Source of the DNA: Eledone cirrhosa
Lineage: Eukaryota
Direction of reading: 5' to 3'
DNA: 64,000 nucleotides
NCBI GenBank assembly: GCA_964016885.1
Contig: OZ024760.1
Coordinates: forward strand, 24,428,001 to 24,492,000
Part shown: positions 1-13,719 of the stretch, piece after piece
Layout: every line of letters starts with the position of its first letter
How positions within the stretch are numbered: position 1 is the stretch's first letter
The notes under the pieces: generated by a model
Seen by the model: the letters and a program-made list of their open reading frames with translations, nothing else
Databases searched by the model: none
What the model was told of the DNA's origin: nothing
Made by a program: the position numbers and the translations under genes

Positions 1-16
1 TAAATAAAAATAAAAA

Positions 17-105
17 TTGTTTCTACTTTTGGCACAAGGCCAGCAATTATCCAGTACATTACTGGTACTTTATTTTATCGACCCAGTAAGGATGAAAGGC
101 AAAGT
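17..105 (-). mobile_element. 3' fragment of the abundant tRNA-derived SINE (Nin/Deu-like domain)
   Basis: ttgtttctacttttggcacaaggcc...tatcgaccc.gtaaggatgaaaggcaaag. Confidence 0.75.
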
Positions 106-180
106 AAAGAAAAATAATAAGATGACAAAGAAGAAGAAGAAGAAGAAGAAGAAGAAGAAGAAGAAGAAGAAGAAGAAGGC

Positions 181-243
<63 letters not shown>

Positions 244-704
244 GAAGAAGAAGAAGTACGAAACAGATAAAGAAAAAAACAACAACAACAACAACAACGA
301 CAAATAATATTGTTCAGAAAGTATTTTTTTTTTAAATTACCCAAAACGGGAAAATTCCAAGAAGAAATCTTTGCCTCTATGAACACAGCCCTAACAAAAA
401 ATGTCGATCTTCTAAGCATGAAATCAAATAATGTTAATTTTTGGGGGCAATCATTTGTAAAGTGTAAACATTTCCTTGTTTTCAAAGACGTGTGTTAGTT
501 TTTTTTCTTATTATTTTACTAGTTTCATTCATTAGCCTGCAGCTACCGATGGATTTAGTCAATCTCATCGACACTAGAACTAACTAGAACTAACATTATC
601 CACCTGTTGAACACCCATGTTGCGGGACATAAAAAAACAGTAAACATTAGTTCAGAAACGGAAACATACACCCCACCCCATCTCTCTCTCTCTTCCACAC
701 ACAC

Positions 705-783
<79 letters not shown>

Positions 784-787
784 TAAT

Positions 788-1160
788 AAAAGGAATTCCA
801 ACTTTGTCTGATTTACTCGTTTTATTTACAATCCTTTAATATTTATAATGGTATTAGAATGAAATAGTATGGTAGAATATTAAATGTTAAGTGTTAATTG
901 AACAAGTACTTTCATGCTTTCGCAATCTTCAGGTTCTTAATGTGTGGTGACAGTCAAGTTTGCAATTTTCAACTGTTGAAAATTGCAAACTTGACTGTTA
1001 CCACACATTAAGAACCTGAAGATTGCGAAAGCATGAAAGTACTTGTTCAATTAACACTTAACATTTAATATTCTACCATACTATTTCATTCTAATACCAT
1101 TATAAATTTTAAAGGATTGTAAATAAAACGAGTAAATCAGACAAAGTTGGAATTCCTTTT
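788..1160. mobile_element. Near-perfect 373-bp palindrome (foldback PLE-type 3' end) with an HHR in each arm
   Basis: Arms 788-973 / 975-1160 centred on 974, next to (TA)n. Confidence 0.85.
1012..1048 (+). ncRNA. Minimal hammerhead ribozyme (mirror at 900-936, minus)
   Basis: GAAC-CUGAAGA-U-UGC(GAAA)GCA-U-GAAA-G(UA)C-UU^GUUC; palindromic AAGUACUU. Confidence 0.8.
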
Positions 1161-1312
1161 TACAATATAATCTTCTATACACAATCATACACACCCGTGT
1201 ATATTTATCTATCTATCGATCTATCTATCTATCTATCTATATATATGCAAATATATTTATCGAAGGTAATCGGTCCTATGCGATAGCTTCGTTTCAATAT
1301 TATATATATATA

Positions 1313-1524
1313 TTTCGTTTTGGAATTTGTTTTGCAAGATTTCTTATCTGAAAGCGTGTGTTGAAATGGATGGTGTTATACTTTGCGAGGGTCATGCTGC
1401 CAATACAAACACACGCACTTTGACGATATACAAACAACCATCCGGTTATCCAACCAACCAACCTGACATTTGTAATAAATTGTAGTGAAAACCAACAGGT
1501 GCGTGTGTTTTTATTGGCAGCATT

Positions 1525-1530
<6 letters not shown>
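1313..1530 (-). mobile_element. Short relic related to the 55-59 kb PLE 3' end, with a short inverted copy
   Basis: Similar to 55376-55480 (ttcgttt..gaatttgttt.gcaagatt...gagggtcatg.tgccaata..aacacacgcac). Inverted gtgcgtgtgttt..tattggcagcat at ~1499-1523. Confidence 0.75.
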
Positions 1531-1556
<26 letters not shown>

Positions 1557-1564
<8 letters not shown>

Positions 1565-1827
1565 AGAACAAAAGATGCTTAAAAGAGTTCCATGTATTTT
1601 ATTATGCGCATTTCAAAAACAAATATCATCATGCAATAATATTTGTGTTTTCATCAGATAAAACAGGAAGACATGATATGAAGGTTAAAAAACACTTGTG
1701 GATAGTGCAGTTTGAAATCAACATCTTTTGTTCTTATATATTATGTATACTCCAGTCCGACAAACTGTAGAGTGCTTCTTATCCGATATCTACCTTGCTT
1801 TATTGTACTACAATAAAACTCACCTCC

Positions 1828-1829
<2 letters not shown>
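1557..1829. mobile_element. Foldback element, same family as 5216-5905; HHR at 1597-1663 (minus)
   Basis: Inverted arm, then a truncated direct arm and tail ending ctcacctccta; (TA)n flanks. Confidence 0.8.
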
Positions 1830-1861
<32 letters not shown>

Positions 1862-1924
1862 TAAAAAAATAAATGGATTGGACAGACAACTCTTGGTAGA
1901 TTTATCTACATATATATATATATT

Positions 1925-2049
<125 letters not shown>

Positions 2050-2206
2050 GTATATATATATATATATGTGCAGAGGTTATATTTAATTTGTTGGGATTCA
2101 ACAGGCTTAAACAATTTTTATAACTGATATAAAGCACTCATCAAGTAAGTGGAGTAAATATACAATATATTAACATATGGAAACTATATTTATAAAACCA
2201 TATTTA

Positions 2207-2268
2207 TTTTATTATACATATTTCAAGGGCCACCAAGGCAAATTATGGTGAGCTTTCATCAGATAAAA
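2207..2268 (-). ncRNA. Hammerhead ribozyme in a TA-flanked island
   Basis: UUUUAU-CUGAUGA-(CACCA/UGGUG stem II)-GAAA-UAUGUA-UA^AUAAAA. A related degenerate copy (CAAA for GAAA) lies at 51353-51407 (+). Confidence 0.65.
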
Positions 2269-2451
2269 TACAATACATAATTAGTTTGTTAATATATTGT
2301 ATATATATATATTCATATATATATACTTCACTTCCTATATATACTTGTGTATATATCTCTGTGTGTATGGATGTATAATATAAACATATATAATGAATGC
2401 ATATACAAAATAATGCATGGATGTATCTGTACGACAGTGTATATATACATA

Positions 2452-2538
<87 letters not shown>

Positions 2539-2690
2539 GAAGTATTTCCGTAGGAAAGGTAACGGAAAAGAGAATGCTCTATGTAGGCTACAGAGCTTTA
2601 TATAAAGATATATCGAGCCCTCTTTGGACTTTAGTCTTCACATTTATTACTATTACTATATATACACATACATATATATATATAGAGAGA

Positions 2691-2789
<99 letters not shown>

Positions 2790-3172
2790 TTCTCTGAAAA
2801 GTACAAGCGTAAGATGGCCGATCTAACATTGTTCTAGATCTAACAGATTGGAAACAACCACATTTCTTCATCTTTCCCTATCTCGTTCCCCCCTGCTCCT
2901 CCTCCTCTTCCCTCGCTCTCTCTCTCTATCTCTTTCTCTCCCGCTTTGATCAAAGGTTTTCCAGCTGCCATGTGTGGGCCCTTTCATTCTATCTATCTCT
3001 GTTCATATGATAACAAACTTACTATTTACAGTTGATCTATAGCTTTTGCTCCATTTATCCAATGCATTTAAATATAGTTTCTATCTATCTTGGCATACTC
3101 TCTATCATGGTAGTTTATCTCATGTTTCCCTTGTGTTGCGTATATCTTTTTTCTTTCTCAGTATTCCTTTGG

Positions 3173-3216
<44 letters not shown>

Positions 3217-3257
3217 ATACTTCCATATATATACACACATGCATATATATTTATATA

Positions 3258-3448
<191 letters not shown>

Positions 3449-4191
3449 ATATATATATATATATATACACACACATACAGACACATACTTATACTTTTAC
3501 TTTAAAAATCTGGAGATGAATTTTTTTTCTATATTTTTTAAGTTATTTCCCTTTGAAGATATTTTCGTGTTTTTTTATTTGTATCTTTTTTAGTGTCTGT
3601 GAATGTTTTGTATGTATGTATATGTTTGTATGTATATGTATGTATGTGTATGTGTATATGTATGTTTATGTTTGTGTGCATGTGTTTGTATGTGTGTGTT
3701 TGTGTGTGTATGTTTGTGTGTGTGTGTTTGTGTGTGTATGTTTGTATGTGTGTTTTTGTGTGTGTATGTTTGTGTGTGTATGTTTGTGTGTGTATGTTAT
3801 GTATGTATATGTTTGTATGTATGTGTTTGTGTCTATATGTTTGTGTGTATATGTTATGTATATATATATATAAATAGATGTCTGTATGTATATATGTTTG
3901 TATGTGTATGTTTGTATGTATATGTATGTATATATATGGTTGTATGTATGTGTTTGCATCTACATGTGTGTGTGTCTATGTGTGTATGTATTTATATGGT
4001 TGCGAGTGTGTGTGTATGTGCATGTGGTTTATGTTTATATGTGTATCTATGTGAGACTGTATCATTAAATCTGTGCGTATATATGTGTTTGTATGACTAC
4101 GGTGTCTATGTATATGTTTGTATCTTTACATGTGAGTATGTATATGTTGTGTATGCACGTGTTTGTGTATGTGTATGTATATATGTACACA

Positions 4192-4321
<130 letters not shown>

Positions 4322-4462
4322 TATACATATAAAATAATATACTCTGCTATGTTATTGAGTACTTCTGTTCGCCATAAGGACACACGTAAAATGCATACAC
4401 ACAGACATATGCATACGCATACACGCACATACGTACACACACATATATATATATATCCTGTC

Positions 4463-4745
4463 GAGGCACGTGGCCTAGTGGTAAGAGTGTTGGACTTACG
4501 ATCATAATGTCGTGGGTTCGATTCCTTGGCTGCGTGTTGTGTTCTTGAGCAAAACACTTCATTTCACGTTGCTCCAGTATACTCAGCTGAAAATGAGTAC
4601 CAGTAATAGCTGGAGGTTTAACCCTGCGATGGACTGGTGTCCTGTCCAGGGGTGCTTCTTGTACTCTCAGTCGCTTCACGTCATGAAACCGGGATAAGCA
4701 CCGGCCAAATGAGCATTCTGGCTTAAGACAGACTTTAGACTTTAA
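4463..4745 (+). mobile_element. tRNA-derived SINE with CORE-like and V-like segments
   Basis: A box TGGCCTAGTGG, B box GGTTCGATTCC, gttcttgagcaaaacactt, cctgcgatggactggtgtcctgtccagggg, repeated agacttt tail. Confidence 0.8.
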
Positions 4746-4782
4746 ATATATATATCCATATCTCTCTATCTATCTATCTATC

Positions 4783-5110
4783 TATGTAATTGTCCCCTTC
4801 TTTTGCGCCCCCGTGGCAATAAATAGAAACATATCTATCTATCTATTTATCTATCTCTCTATCTATCTTTATCTATGTAATTGTCCCCTTCTTTTGCGCC
4901 CTTGTGGCAATAAATACAAACATATCTATCTATCTATTTATCTATCTCTCTATCTATCTTTATCTATGTAATTGTCCCCTTCTTTTGCGCCCTTGTGGCA
5001 ATAAATACAAACATATCTATCTATCTATTTATCTATCTCTCTATCTATCTTTATCTATGTATTTGTCCCCTTCTTTTGTGCCCTCGTGGCAAATAAATAG
5101 AAATTTATCT
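4783..5110. repeat. 91-bp tandem repeat x~4 with (TATC)n
   Basis: Units start at 4783, 4874, 4965 and 5056. Confidence 0.85.
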
Positions 5111-5215
5111 ATGAATCTATCACTCTCTGTCTCTTTCTTTCTTGCCCCCTCTCTCTCACTCCTCTCTCTGTACATACACACACACACACTCATATATATA
5201 TATATATATATACAT

Positions 5216-5905
5216 ATAATATATAAGATCAAAAGATGGTTAAAGGAGTTCCATGTATTTTATTATGCGCATTTCAAAAACAAACATCATCATGCAATAA
5301 TATTTGTGTTTTCATCAGATAAAACAGGAGGACATGATATGAAGGCTAAAAAACACTTGTGGATAGTGCAGTTTTAAATCAACATATGAAAAGTAATTTT
5401 AGATTGATGTGTGATATTGGGAAAATATTTTGTTTAGAGAGGGTGGGTGGGTGAGTGAGTGAGTGAGTGGGTGAGTGGGTGGCTGAGTGGGTGAGTGGGT
5501 GAGTGAGTGAGTGAGTGGCTGAGTGGCTGAGTGAGTGAGTGGGTGAGTGGGTGAGTGGGTGAGTGGGTGAGTGAGTGAGTGGTTGATACGCTGGTTGGTA
5601 GGCAAAATATTTTCCCAATATCACACATCAATCTAAAATTACTTTTCATATGTTGATTTAAAACTGCACTATCCACAAGTGTTTTTTAGCCTTCATATCA
5701 TGTCCTCCTGTTTTATCTGATGAAAACACAAATATTATTGCATGATGATGTTTGTTTTTGAAATGCGCATAATAAAATACGTGGAACTCCTTTAACCATC
5801 TTTTGATCTTATATATTATGCATACTCCAGTCCTACAAACTGTAGAGTGCTTCTTATCCGATATCTGCATTGCTTTATTGTACTACAATAAAACTCACCT
5901 CCTAC
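5216..5905 (+). mobile_element. Foldback element: 217-bp inverted arms, (GAGT)n spacer, ~85-bp tail
   Basis: Arms 5216-5432 / 5603-5819; (TA)n flanks. Confidence 0.85.
5711..5777 (+). ncRNA. Hammerhead ribozyme (mirror at 5258-5324, minus)
   Basis: UUUUAU-CUGAUGA-long stem II-GAAA-UG(CG)CA-UA^AUAAAA; palindromic AUGCGCAU. Confidence 0.8.
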
Positions 5906-6034
<129 letters not shown>

Positions 6035-6155
6035 TGTGTGTGTGTGTGTGTATGTATGTATATATACCAGTTAAGTTTTCATATTGTGAATAGTATTTTG
6101 TCGGTAAAGAAGATAAATTGCTATTTTATGAGTTCATGTGTTATGTACTCACGTG

Positions 6156-6249
<94 letters not shown>

Positions 6250-6384
6250 TCAGTAAGGGAGAGGGGGAGGGAGGAAAAGCGAGAAAAAGCGGGATAGTTT
6301 GATAGATAGATAGTTAGGTAAACACATATATATATATATAAATACATATATACAAATACACACGCACACATACACACACACACA

Positions 6385-6456
<72 letters not shown>

Positions 6457-6849
6457 AAGGTTATATTTCATATTAATAGATAGGAAAAGACTATCGATGT
6501 CATAGACATTAATCAAGACCGCCATATTGGAAAATGACATCTCGAGAAATACTTGGGAGATTTGCTATGGATTTTCTTTACAATCATCGTCATAGATCAG
6601 TTAAAGAACTATCATTCTTGTAAACTATTATTCCTTCAGATGTCCCTGTTGCTACATCAGCAGTAGTGGTAGCAGCAGTAACAGTAGTATCATAAGTAGC
6701 TGTCACCCTGGCATTTTTCTTCTTTCAATTGACATGGATATATCTCGGCTTTGCAGATTTTGTTTGATGGAATTTGGGTTTCATTCTAAGTGTTTGTCAT
6801 CGCTTTATATTTACATCAATGGTAACTTCTAACACCCCCCCATCCCCTT

Positions 6850-7715
6850 TCACTCACCTAACCAACCAGTCAATCACTCGCTTACTCAGTCACCCTCTCA
6901 CTTCCTCACCCTCACACTCTCTCCCCTCCCTCACTCTTACACCCACGCACCCTCTCTCCCACTTACTCACCCACTCACTCAAAAACCCACCTAACCAACC
7001 AGCGAATCAACCACTCACTCACTCATTCACCCACTCACCCACTCACTCACCCACTCACCCACTCACTCACTCACTCACTCACTCACTCACTCACTCACTC
7101 ACTCAGCCACTCAGACACTCACTCACTCACTCACCCACTCACCCACTCAGAAACCCACTCACCCACTCACTCACTCACTCCCCCACTCACCCCCTCCATC
7201 CCCTCTCCCCCACTCCATCCCCCCTCCTCCACTCACTCACTCACTCACTCACTCACTCACTCACTCACTCACTCACTCACTCACTCACTCACTCACTCAC
7301 TCACTCACTCACTCACTCACTCACTCAGTCACCCACTCACCCACTCACTCACTCCCCCACTCACCCATTCCCTCCCTCCCCCACCCCCACTCACTCACTC
7401 ACTCACTCACTCACTCACTCACTCACTCACTCACCCACTCACCCACTCACCCACTCACACCCCCTCCCCCCTCCCCCACTTCCCCACTCACTCACTCACT
7501 CACTCACTCACTCACTCACTCACTCACTCACTCACTCACTCACTCAGTCACTCAGTCAGTCACTCACCCACTCACTCACCCACTCACTCACTCACTCACT
7601 CACCCACTCACCCATTCCCTCCCTCCCCCACTCCCCCACTCACTCACTCACCCACTCACTCACTCACTCACTCACTCACTCACTCATTCACTCACTCACT
7701 CACTCACCTACCTAA
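6850..7715. repeat. (ACTC)n/(ACCC) degenerate tetranucleotide repeat
   Basis: Direct reading. Confidence 0.9.
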
Positions 7716-7861
7716 CTAACCAGCCAGCCAGCCAATCAACGCCCCTAGTATGATCAACCAATCAAAGCCCGCTATCATTAACGGATCACCCAACCAACAT
7801 CATCCAACACAATCTCACTACGATACATCTATTGCTGCAGTTGATGTCGTATGATAATAAC

Positions 7862-8240
7862 TTTTCTATTTTTTCCCACAAGGGCAGCAATTACCCCATT
7901 GCATTACTGGTACCTTATTTTATCGACCCCGTAAGGATGAAAAGTTAACCTTGGTGAATTTGAACTCAGAACGGAAAGGGGCCATAACTCTGGGCTGCAA
8001 GGCATGGCGTCCGACCTTTTCCGGTACATCTAATGCTGCAATTGATGTCGTATGATAATACATGATACTACTTTTGACACAAGGGCAGCAATTACCCGAG
8101 TGCATTACTGGTACCTTATTTTATCGACCCCCGTAAGGATGAAAAGTTAACCTTGGTGAATTTGAACTCAGAACAGAAAGGGACCATAACTCTGAGCTGC
8201 AAGGCATGGCGTCCGACCTTTTACGATACATATATTGCTG
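7862..8240 (-). mobile_element. Two tandem copies of the Nin/Deu-like SINE
   Basis: Repeated ggtaccttattttatcgacccc...atttgaactcaga. Confidence 0.75.
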
Positions 8241-8516
8241 TAGTAGCTGTGGTATGGTGATAATAACATCTCTGTGCCTCTGTCAACGATCCAATAAATC
8301 ATGTCTGCTAGTTGTGACTGTTACTTAAGCGTGTGGAAACAGGAATGGCTGCTGTCAGCTTTTCTATGACTGATCGCTCTCTTATTTCCCATTACCAACT
8401 GCAGTTTGCAAACAAGAAACTAACGTAAATGAAAATACGTGCGTCCATTGTTGTCATCTTTCTCTCTCTGTGTTTGTTTGTATGTGTGTATTTGTGGTGT
8501 GTGTGTATTTGTGGTG

Positions 8517-8582
<66 letters not shown>

Positions 8583-8587
8583 TGTGT

Positions 8588-8628
<41 letters not shown>

Positions 8629-8811
8629 GAAACACACACACACATACGTATACGTATATATAAATATATGTATACGTTTATATATATATGTCTGGATACA
8701 CAGAGGTATCCACTGTAAGTATGTATATATATGTATACTGATATGGGTATGTATATATATATGTATATGTATATATATGTATATGTATATATATGTATAT
8801 ATGTATGTATA

Positions 8812-8862
<51 letters not shown>

Positions 8863-9035
8863 GTAGATACCTATATGTATATATACATAGATACGTATAC
8901 GTATATATACATATATACGTATACGTATATATACATATATACGTATATGTATATATATATATATGTGTATATGTATATATATGTATACGTATATATATGT
9001 ATATGTACATATTTATATGTATATATATGTTTATG

Positions 9036-9088
<53 letters not shown>

Positions 9089-9173
9089 GTGTATATACAT
9101 ATGTCTATGTATACGTATATATATATGTATATACATGTATATCTATATGTATATATACATGTATATATATATG

Positions 9174-9205
<32 letters not shown>

Positions 9206-9210
9206 CACAT

Positions 9211-9315
<105 letters not shown>

Positions 9316-9544
9316 TATTTATATAAATATATCGATTTATTTATTCATATCTCTCTATATATATGTGGATATACCTATATATCCGTGAGTCTAAATCTGT
9401 TCGTTAAATTGATGATCTACCACTAACCAACTATTTAAAAATATGTTGACAACAGCCACAGCCCAATAAAACATAGGATCTGTTATATTTCTATTTATAT
9501 CCCTTTTTCTAAATGTTTCATATATATATATATAGAGAGAAAAA

Positions 9545-10610
9545 CAATGATATCTAATTTAGACACAAGGACAGTAAATATGGGAGAGGAGAAAGTTGAT
9601 TAATCGACCCAGTGCGTGATTGGTACTTTGTTTTTATCGGCACCTGTAAGGCTGAAAGGGAAAGCTAACTTCGGTAAATAATTGATATAGTGAGAGAGAA
9701 AAAAGAGGATTTCTTATTTAGACATAAGGCTAGAAAATTTGGGAGAGGGGAAAGTTGATTAAATTGACCCCAGTGTATTACTGGTACTTCATTTTATCGA
9801 CCCTGTAAGGCTGAAAGGCAAAAATAACCTCGGCAAAAGTTTGATATAGCGAGAGAGAAAAACAATGATTTCTAATTTAGACATAAGACCAGTAAATATG
9901 GGAGAGGAGAAAATTGATTGAGTCGACACCAGTGCCTGACTGGTACTTTGTTTTTATCGACCCCGTAAGGCTGAAAGGCAAAGTTAACCTCGGCAAATAA
10001 TTGATATAGTGAGAGAGAAAATCAATGATTTCTGATTTAGACATAAGACCAGTAAATATGGGAGAGGAGAACATTGATTGAGTCGACACCAGTGCGTGAC
10101 TGGTACTTTGTTTTTATCGACCCCGTAAGGCTGAAAGGCAAAGTTAACCTCGGCAAATAATTGATATAGTGAGAGAGAAAAAAACAGGATTTCTGATTTA
10201 AACATAAGGCTAGCAAATTTGGGAGAGGCGAAAGTTGATTAAATTGACCCCTGTGTATTACTGGTACTTCATTTTATCGACCCTGTAAGACTGAAAGGCA
10301 AAAATAACCTCGGCAAAAGTTTGATATAGTGAGAGAGAAAAATAAAGATTTCTTTAGACACAAAGACAGCAAATTTAGAGAGGGAGAAGTTGATTGAATC
10401 GACCCCAGTTCGTGACTGGTATTTTATTTTGTCGACCCCATAACACTGAAAGGCAAAGTTAACCTCAGCAATGTTTGATATGGTGAGAAAAAAAAAACAA
10501 TGATTTCTAATTTAGACACAAGGCCAGCACATTTGGGAGAGGGGAAAGTTGATTCAATCGACCCCAGTTCGTGACAGGTACTTTAATTTATCGACCCTGT
10601 AAGGATGAAA
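9545..10610 (-). repeat. ~160-bp tandem array (x~7) of SINE 3' halves
   Basis: Units start near 9558, 9717, 9877, 10037, 10197, 10353 and 10511. Confidence 0.8.
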
Positions 10611-10614
10611 AAAT

Positions 10615-10830
10615 GAAGGGGCCTTGCTTAGTGGTTAGAAAGTTGGATTTGCATTTGAGAGGTTGTGAGTTCGATTCTCAGAATGGGTGATGGGTTTCGT
10701 CCTTGAGCAAGACACTTTATTTCATGTTGTTCCAGTCAGCTCAGCTGTAGAAATGAGTTGTGATGTCACTTGTGTCAAGCTGTATCGGCTATTGACTTTC
10801 CATTATACACCATCGGTGGCATAGAGAGGA
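10615..10830 (+). mobile_element. tRNA/CORE-like SINE variant
   Basis: TTGCTTAGTGG...GAGTTCGATTCT; tccttgagcaagacactt. Confidence 0.7.
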
Positions 10831-11154
10831 GTATATAGCACCTATAGTGTATATATAGTGTGTATAATATATATAGTAAATACTGTGTATATATAGTGTA
10901 TATATAGTGCGTATAATATATACAGTAAATATTGTGTATATTTAGTGTGATTATGAGTAGTGATGTCACCGGTGCCAAGATGTTTGACCATTGTCTTTCT
11001 TTTGTACAAATACTTATATAGTACATATAGTGTATATATAGTGCGTATAATATATATGTTAAATATTGTGTATTTATAGTGTATATATGAGTTGTGATGT
11101 CACTGGTACCAAGCTGTATCGACCATTGTCTTTCTTTTGGACAACATCATATCT

Positions 11155-11556
11155 AGTCTAAAAGTCTAAAGTCTGTATTAAGCCAGAAAGCTTATTTGGC
11201 CGGTGTTTATCCTCCTGGTTTCATGTCGCAAAGCGACTGAGACTACAACACTCTTCCCTGGACAGGACGCCAGTCCATCGCAAGATTAAGGTCTGTCTTA
11301 AGACAGAAGGCTTATTTGGCCAGTACTTATCCCGGTTTCATCGCGTTAAGCGACTGAGAGTACAAGACTCCCCCCTGGACGGGACGCCAGTCCATCACAG
11401 GGTTAAACCCCAGCTATTGCTGGTACTCATTTTCGACAGAGTATACTGGAGCAACGTGAAATGAAGTGTTTTGTTCAAAAACACAACACGCAACCCAGGA
11501 ATCGAACCAACGACATTATGACCGTAAGTTTAACAGCCTTACCACTGGGCCACGTG
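11155..11556 (-). mobile_element. tRNA/CORE/V-like SINE with duplicated 3' part
   Basis: Reverse complement of the 4463-4745 family; 3' ~120 bp present twice. Confidence 0.8.
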
Positions 11557-12363
11557 GTGTGTATATAGTGCGTATAATATATATAGTAAATATTGCGTAT
11601 CTGTTAGACACGCAGTGACTAACAACAGAATGTTTTAAGTCTAAATGTTGTCTGACAATATATGCGTAGCTTGTGAATAAAATATTCAAAGGTATCGCTG
11701 GCCGTGGCGTGTCCTTCCAAACATGTTTTGTAATGTATCGTCTTATTGGCTAATTTCATCGTCTTATTGGCTAATCAACCAACGAGAGTAATTGTTGCTC
11801 AAAAGCGTTTTGTTTGCACGTTTATTCATCGTTTCGCTTTCGAGTCTCTCTCCTGTATTTTGTCGTTTTATCATCAAAATATTTTTCTCGTGTTGGTAAG
11901 TTATATTAATTTATATATGATTTTTTAAATTTATATTAACTATTTTTTTTTCAGTTCGTTATAACATACTTAGAATATTGGTTGTATCATATTTACTTGT
12001 ATATATGTCCATATTATTGTTCGTTTTATGTTAGATTATTTTATTATTATTATGTTAGATTATTTTTTTTATTATTATGTTAGACTATTTGTATGTAATA
12101 TTTAATTTTTATTAATTCAACTATACTAATTATTATGTAAAATATATTTATTTAATATTGATTGTTTTTTGTAGTTGTTTATATTAAAAGTCTCAAAATA
12201 TTATATCTTAAATCTTAAGTCTGAAAATATCTTACAATAATATTTATAAGATCATTTATAAAATAATAATTATATAATCTAATTACATTACAACGATAAT
12301 TTATTATTAATATATATTATGTTTAACTAGAGTTATTACAAGCGTTGCCATAAAAAATATTAA

Positions 12364-12801
12364 ACTAGACCTGAAAAATGCACCAGCACAAAAGAGCCAA
12401 GGAATGTTATAATAAACCTTCAAAAGTGTGGGACTAGAGTTGTTGCTCAAAAATATTGTAATCATTATCCATCGTACACTCTGTGGCATTCTTTTATAAA
12501 AAAAAAGACTCATAACGAACTCAAGATGACACGATAATTATTTAAGTGAATTTATAATATAGAATTCGGTTTAAGTGCATTTCGTATTAATCATTACTAA
12601 AAATCTAATATGAGATACTGAACATTAGCTTAAATAATTATCCTGTCGTCTTGAGTTCGTTATGAGTCTCTTTTTTTTTTATAAAAGGATACGATAGATA
12701 ATGATTACAATATTTTTGAGCAACAACTCTAGTCCCACACTTTTGAAGGTTTATTATAACATGCTGGGCTCTTTTGAGCTTGCGCATTTTTCAGGTCTAG
12801 T
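12364..12801. mobile_element. MITE-like element with ~175-bp terminal inverted repeats
   Basis: ACTAGACCTGAAAAATGC...GCATTTTTCAGGTCTAGT; arms 12364-12546 / 12629-12801; no HHR seen. Confidence 0.8.
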
Positions 12802-13719
12802 ATATATTATGTAGAAATGAGTTGTGATGTCACTGGTGCTAAGCTTTCTTTTGGACAACATCATATATAGTACATAGGGTATATAGTGTGTATAATATAT
12901 AAGTGCTTATAATATATATAGTAAATATTGTGTATATGTAGTGTATATATAGTATATATATAGTGTGTATAATATATATAGTAAATATTGTGTATACATA
13001 GTGATAATATAGTGTATATAAAGTGTGTATAATATATCTAGTAATTATTGTGTACATATAGTGTATATATAGTATGTATAATATATATAGTAAATATTGT
13101 GTATATATAGTGATAATATAGTGTATATAAAGTGTGTATAATATATATAGTAAATATTGCGTACATATAGTGTATATATAGTATGTATAATATATATAGT
13201 AAATATTGTGTATATATAGTGTACATACAGTGTGTATAATATACATATAGTGTATATATAGTGTACATACAGTGTGTATAATATACATATAGTATATATT
13301 GTGTATATATAGTGATAATATAGTGTATATAATATATATAGTAAATATAGTGTATATAATATATATAATAGATATTGTGTATATATAGTGTGGATAATAT
13401 ATATAGTAAATAGTGTATACTGTATATATATATATATATTGTAGAAAATAACTGTGATGTCACTGGTACCAAGCTGTAACGACCATTGATTTTCTTTTGG
13501 ACAACATCATATATAGTGCATATGGGGTATATATATAGTGTATATAATATATATAGTAAATAGTGTATATATATATAGTGTAGAAAACAGCTGTGAGTGT
13601 CACTGGTACCAAGTTGTATCAGCCATTGGCTTTCTTTTGGACAACATCTGTAACACAGAGTGGGAAGACTGGTTTGTATGGATAACTGGTAGTCTTCCAT
13701 AAACAACCGTGTCCAGGTT

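Larger units (their letters stand above)
10840..13650. repeat. AT-rich minisatellite interspersed with repeated SINE-tail segments, interrupted by insertions
   Basis: Unit tatatagtgtgtataatatatatagtaaatattgtg; gtgatgtcactggt.ccaag segment recurs at ~10960, 11095, 12825, 13455 and 13595. Confidence 0.7.

Noticed and set aside
4463-4535. tRNA genes at SINE heads
   Set aside because: A/B boxes are present but there is no complete cloverleaf, and they continue into SINE bodies.
6455-6830. Possible coding exon in a unique stretch
   Set aside because: Multiple stops in the frames examined and no recognisable motif.
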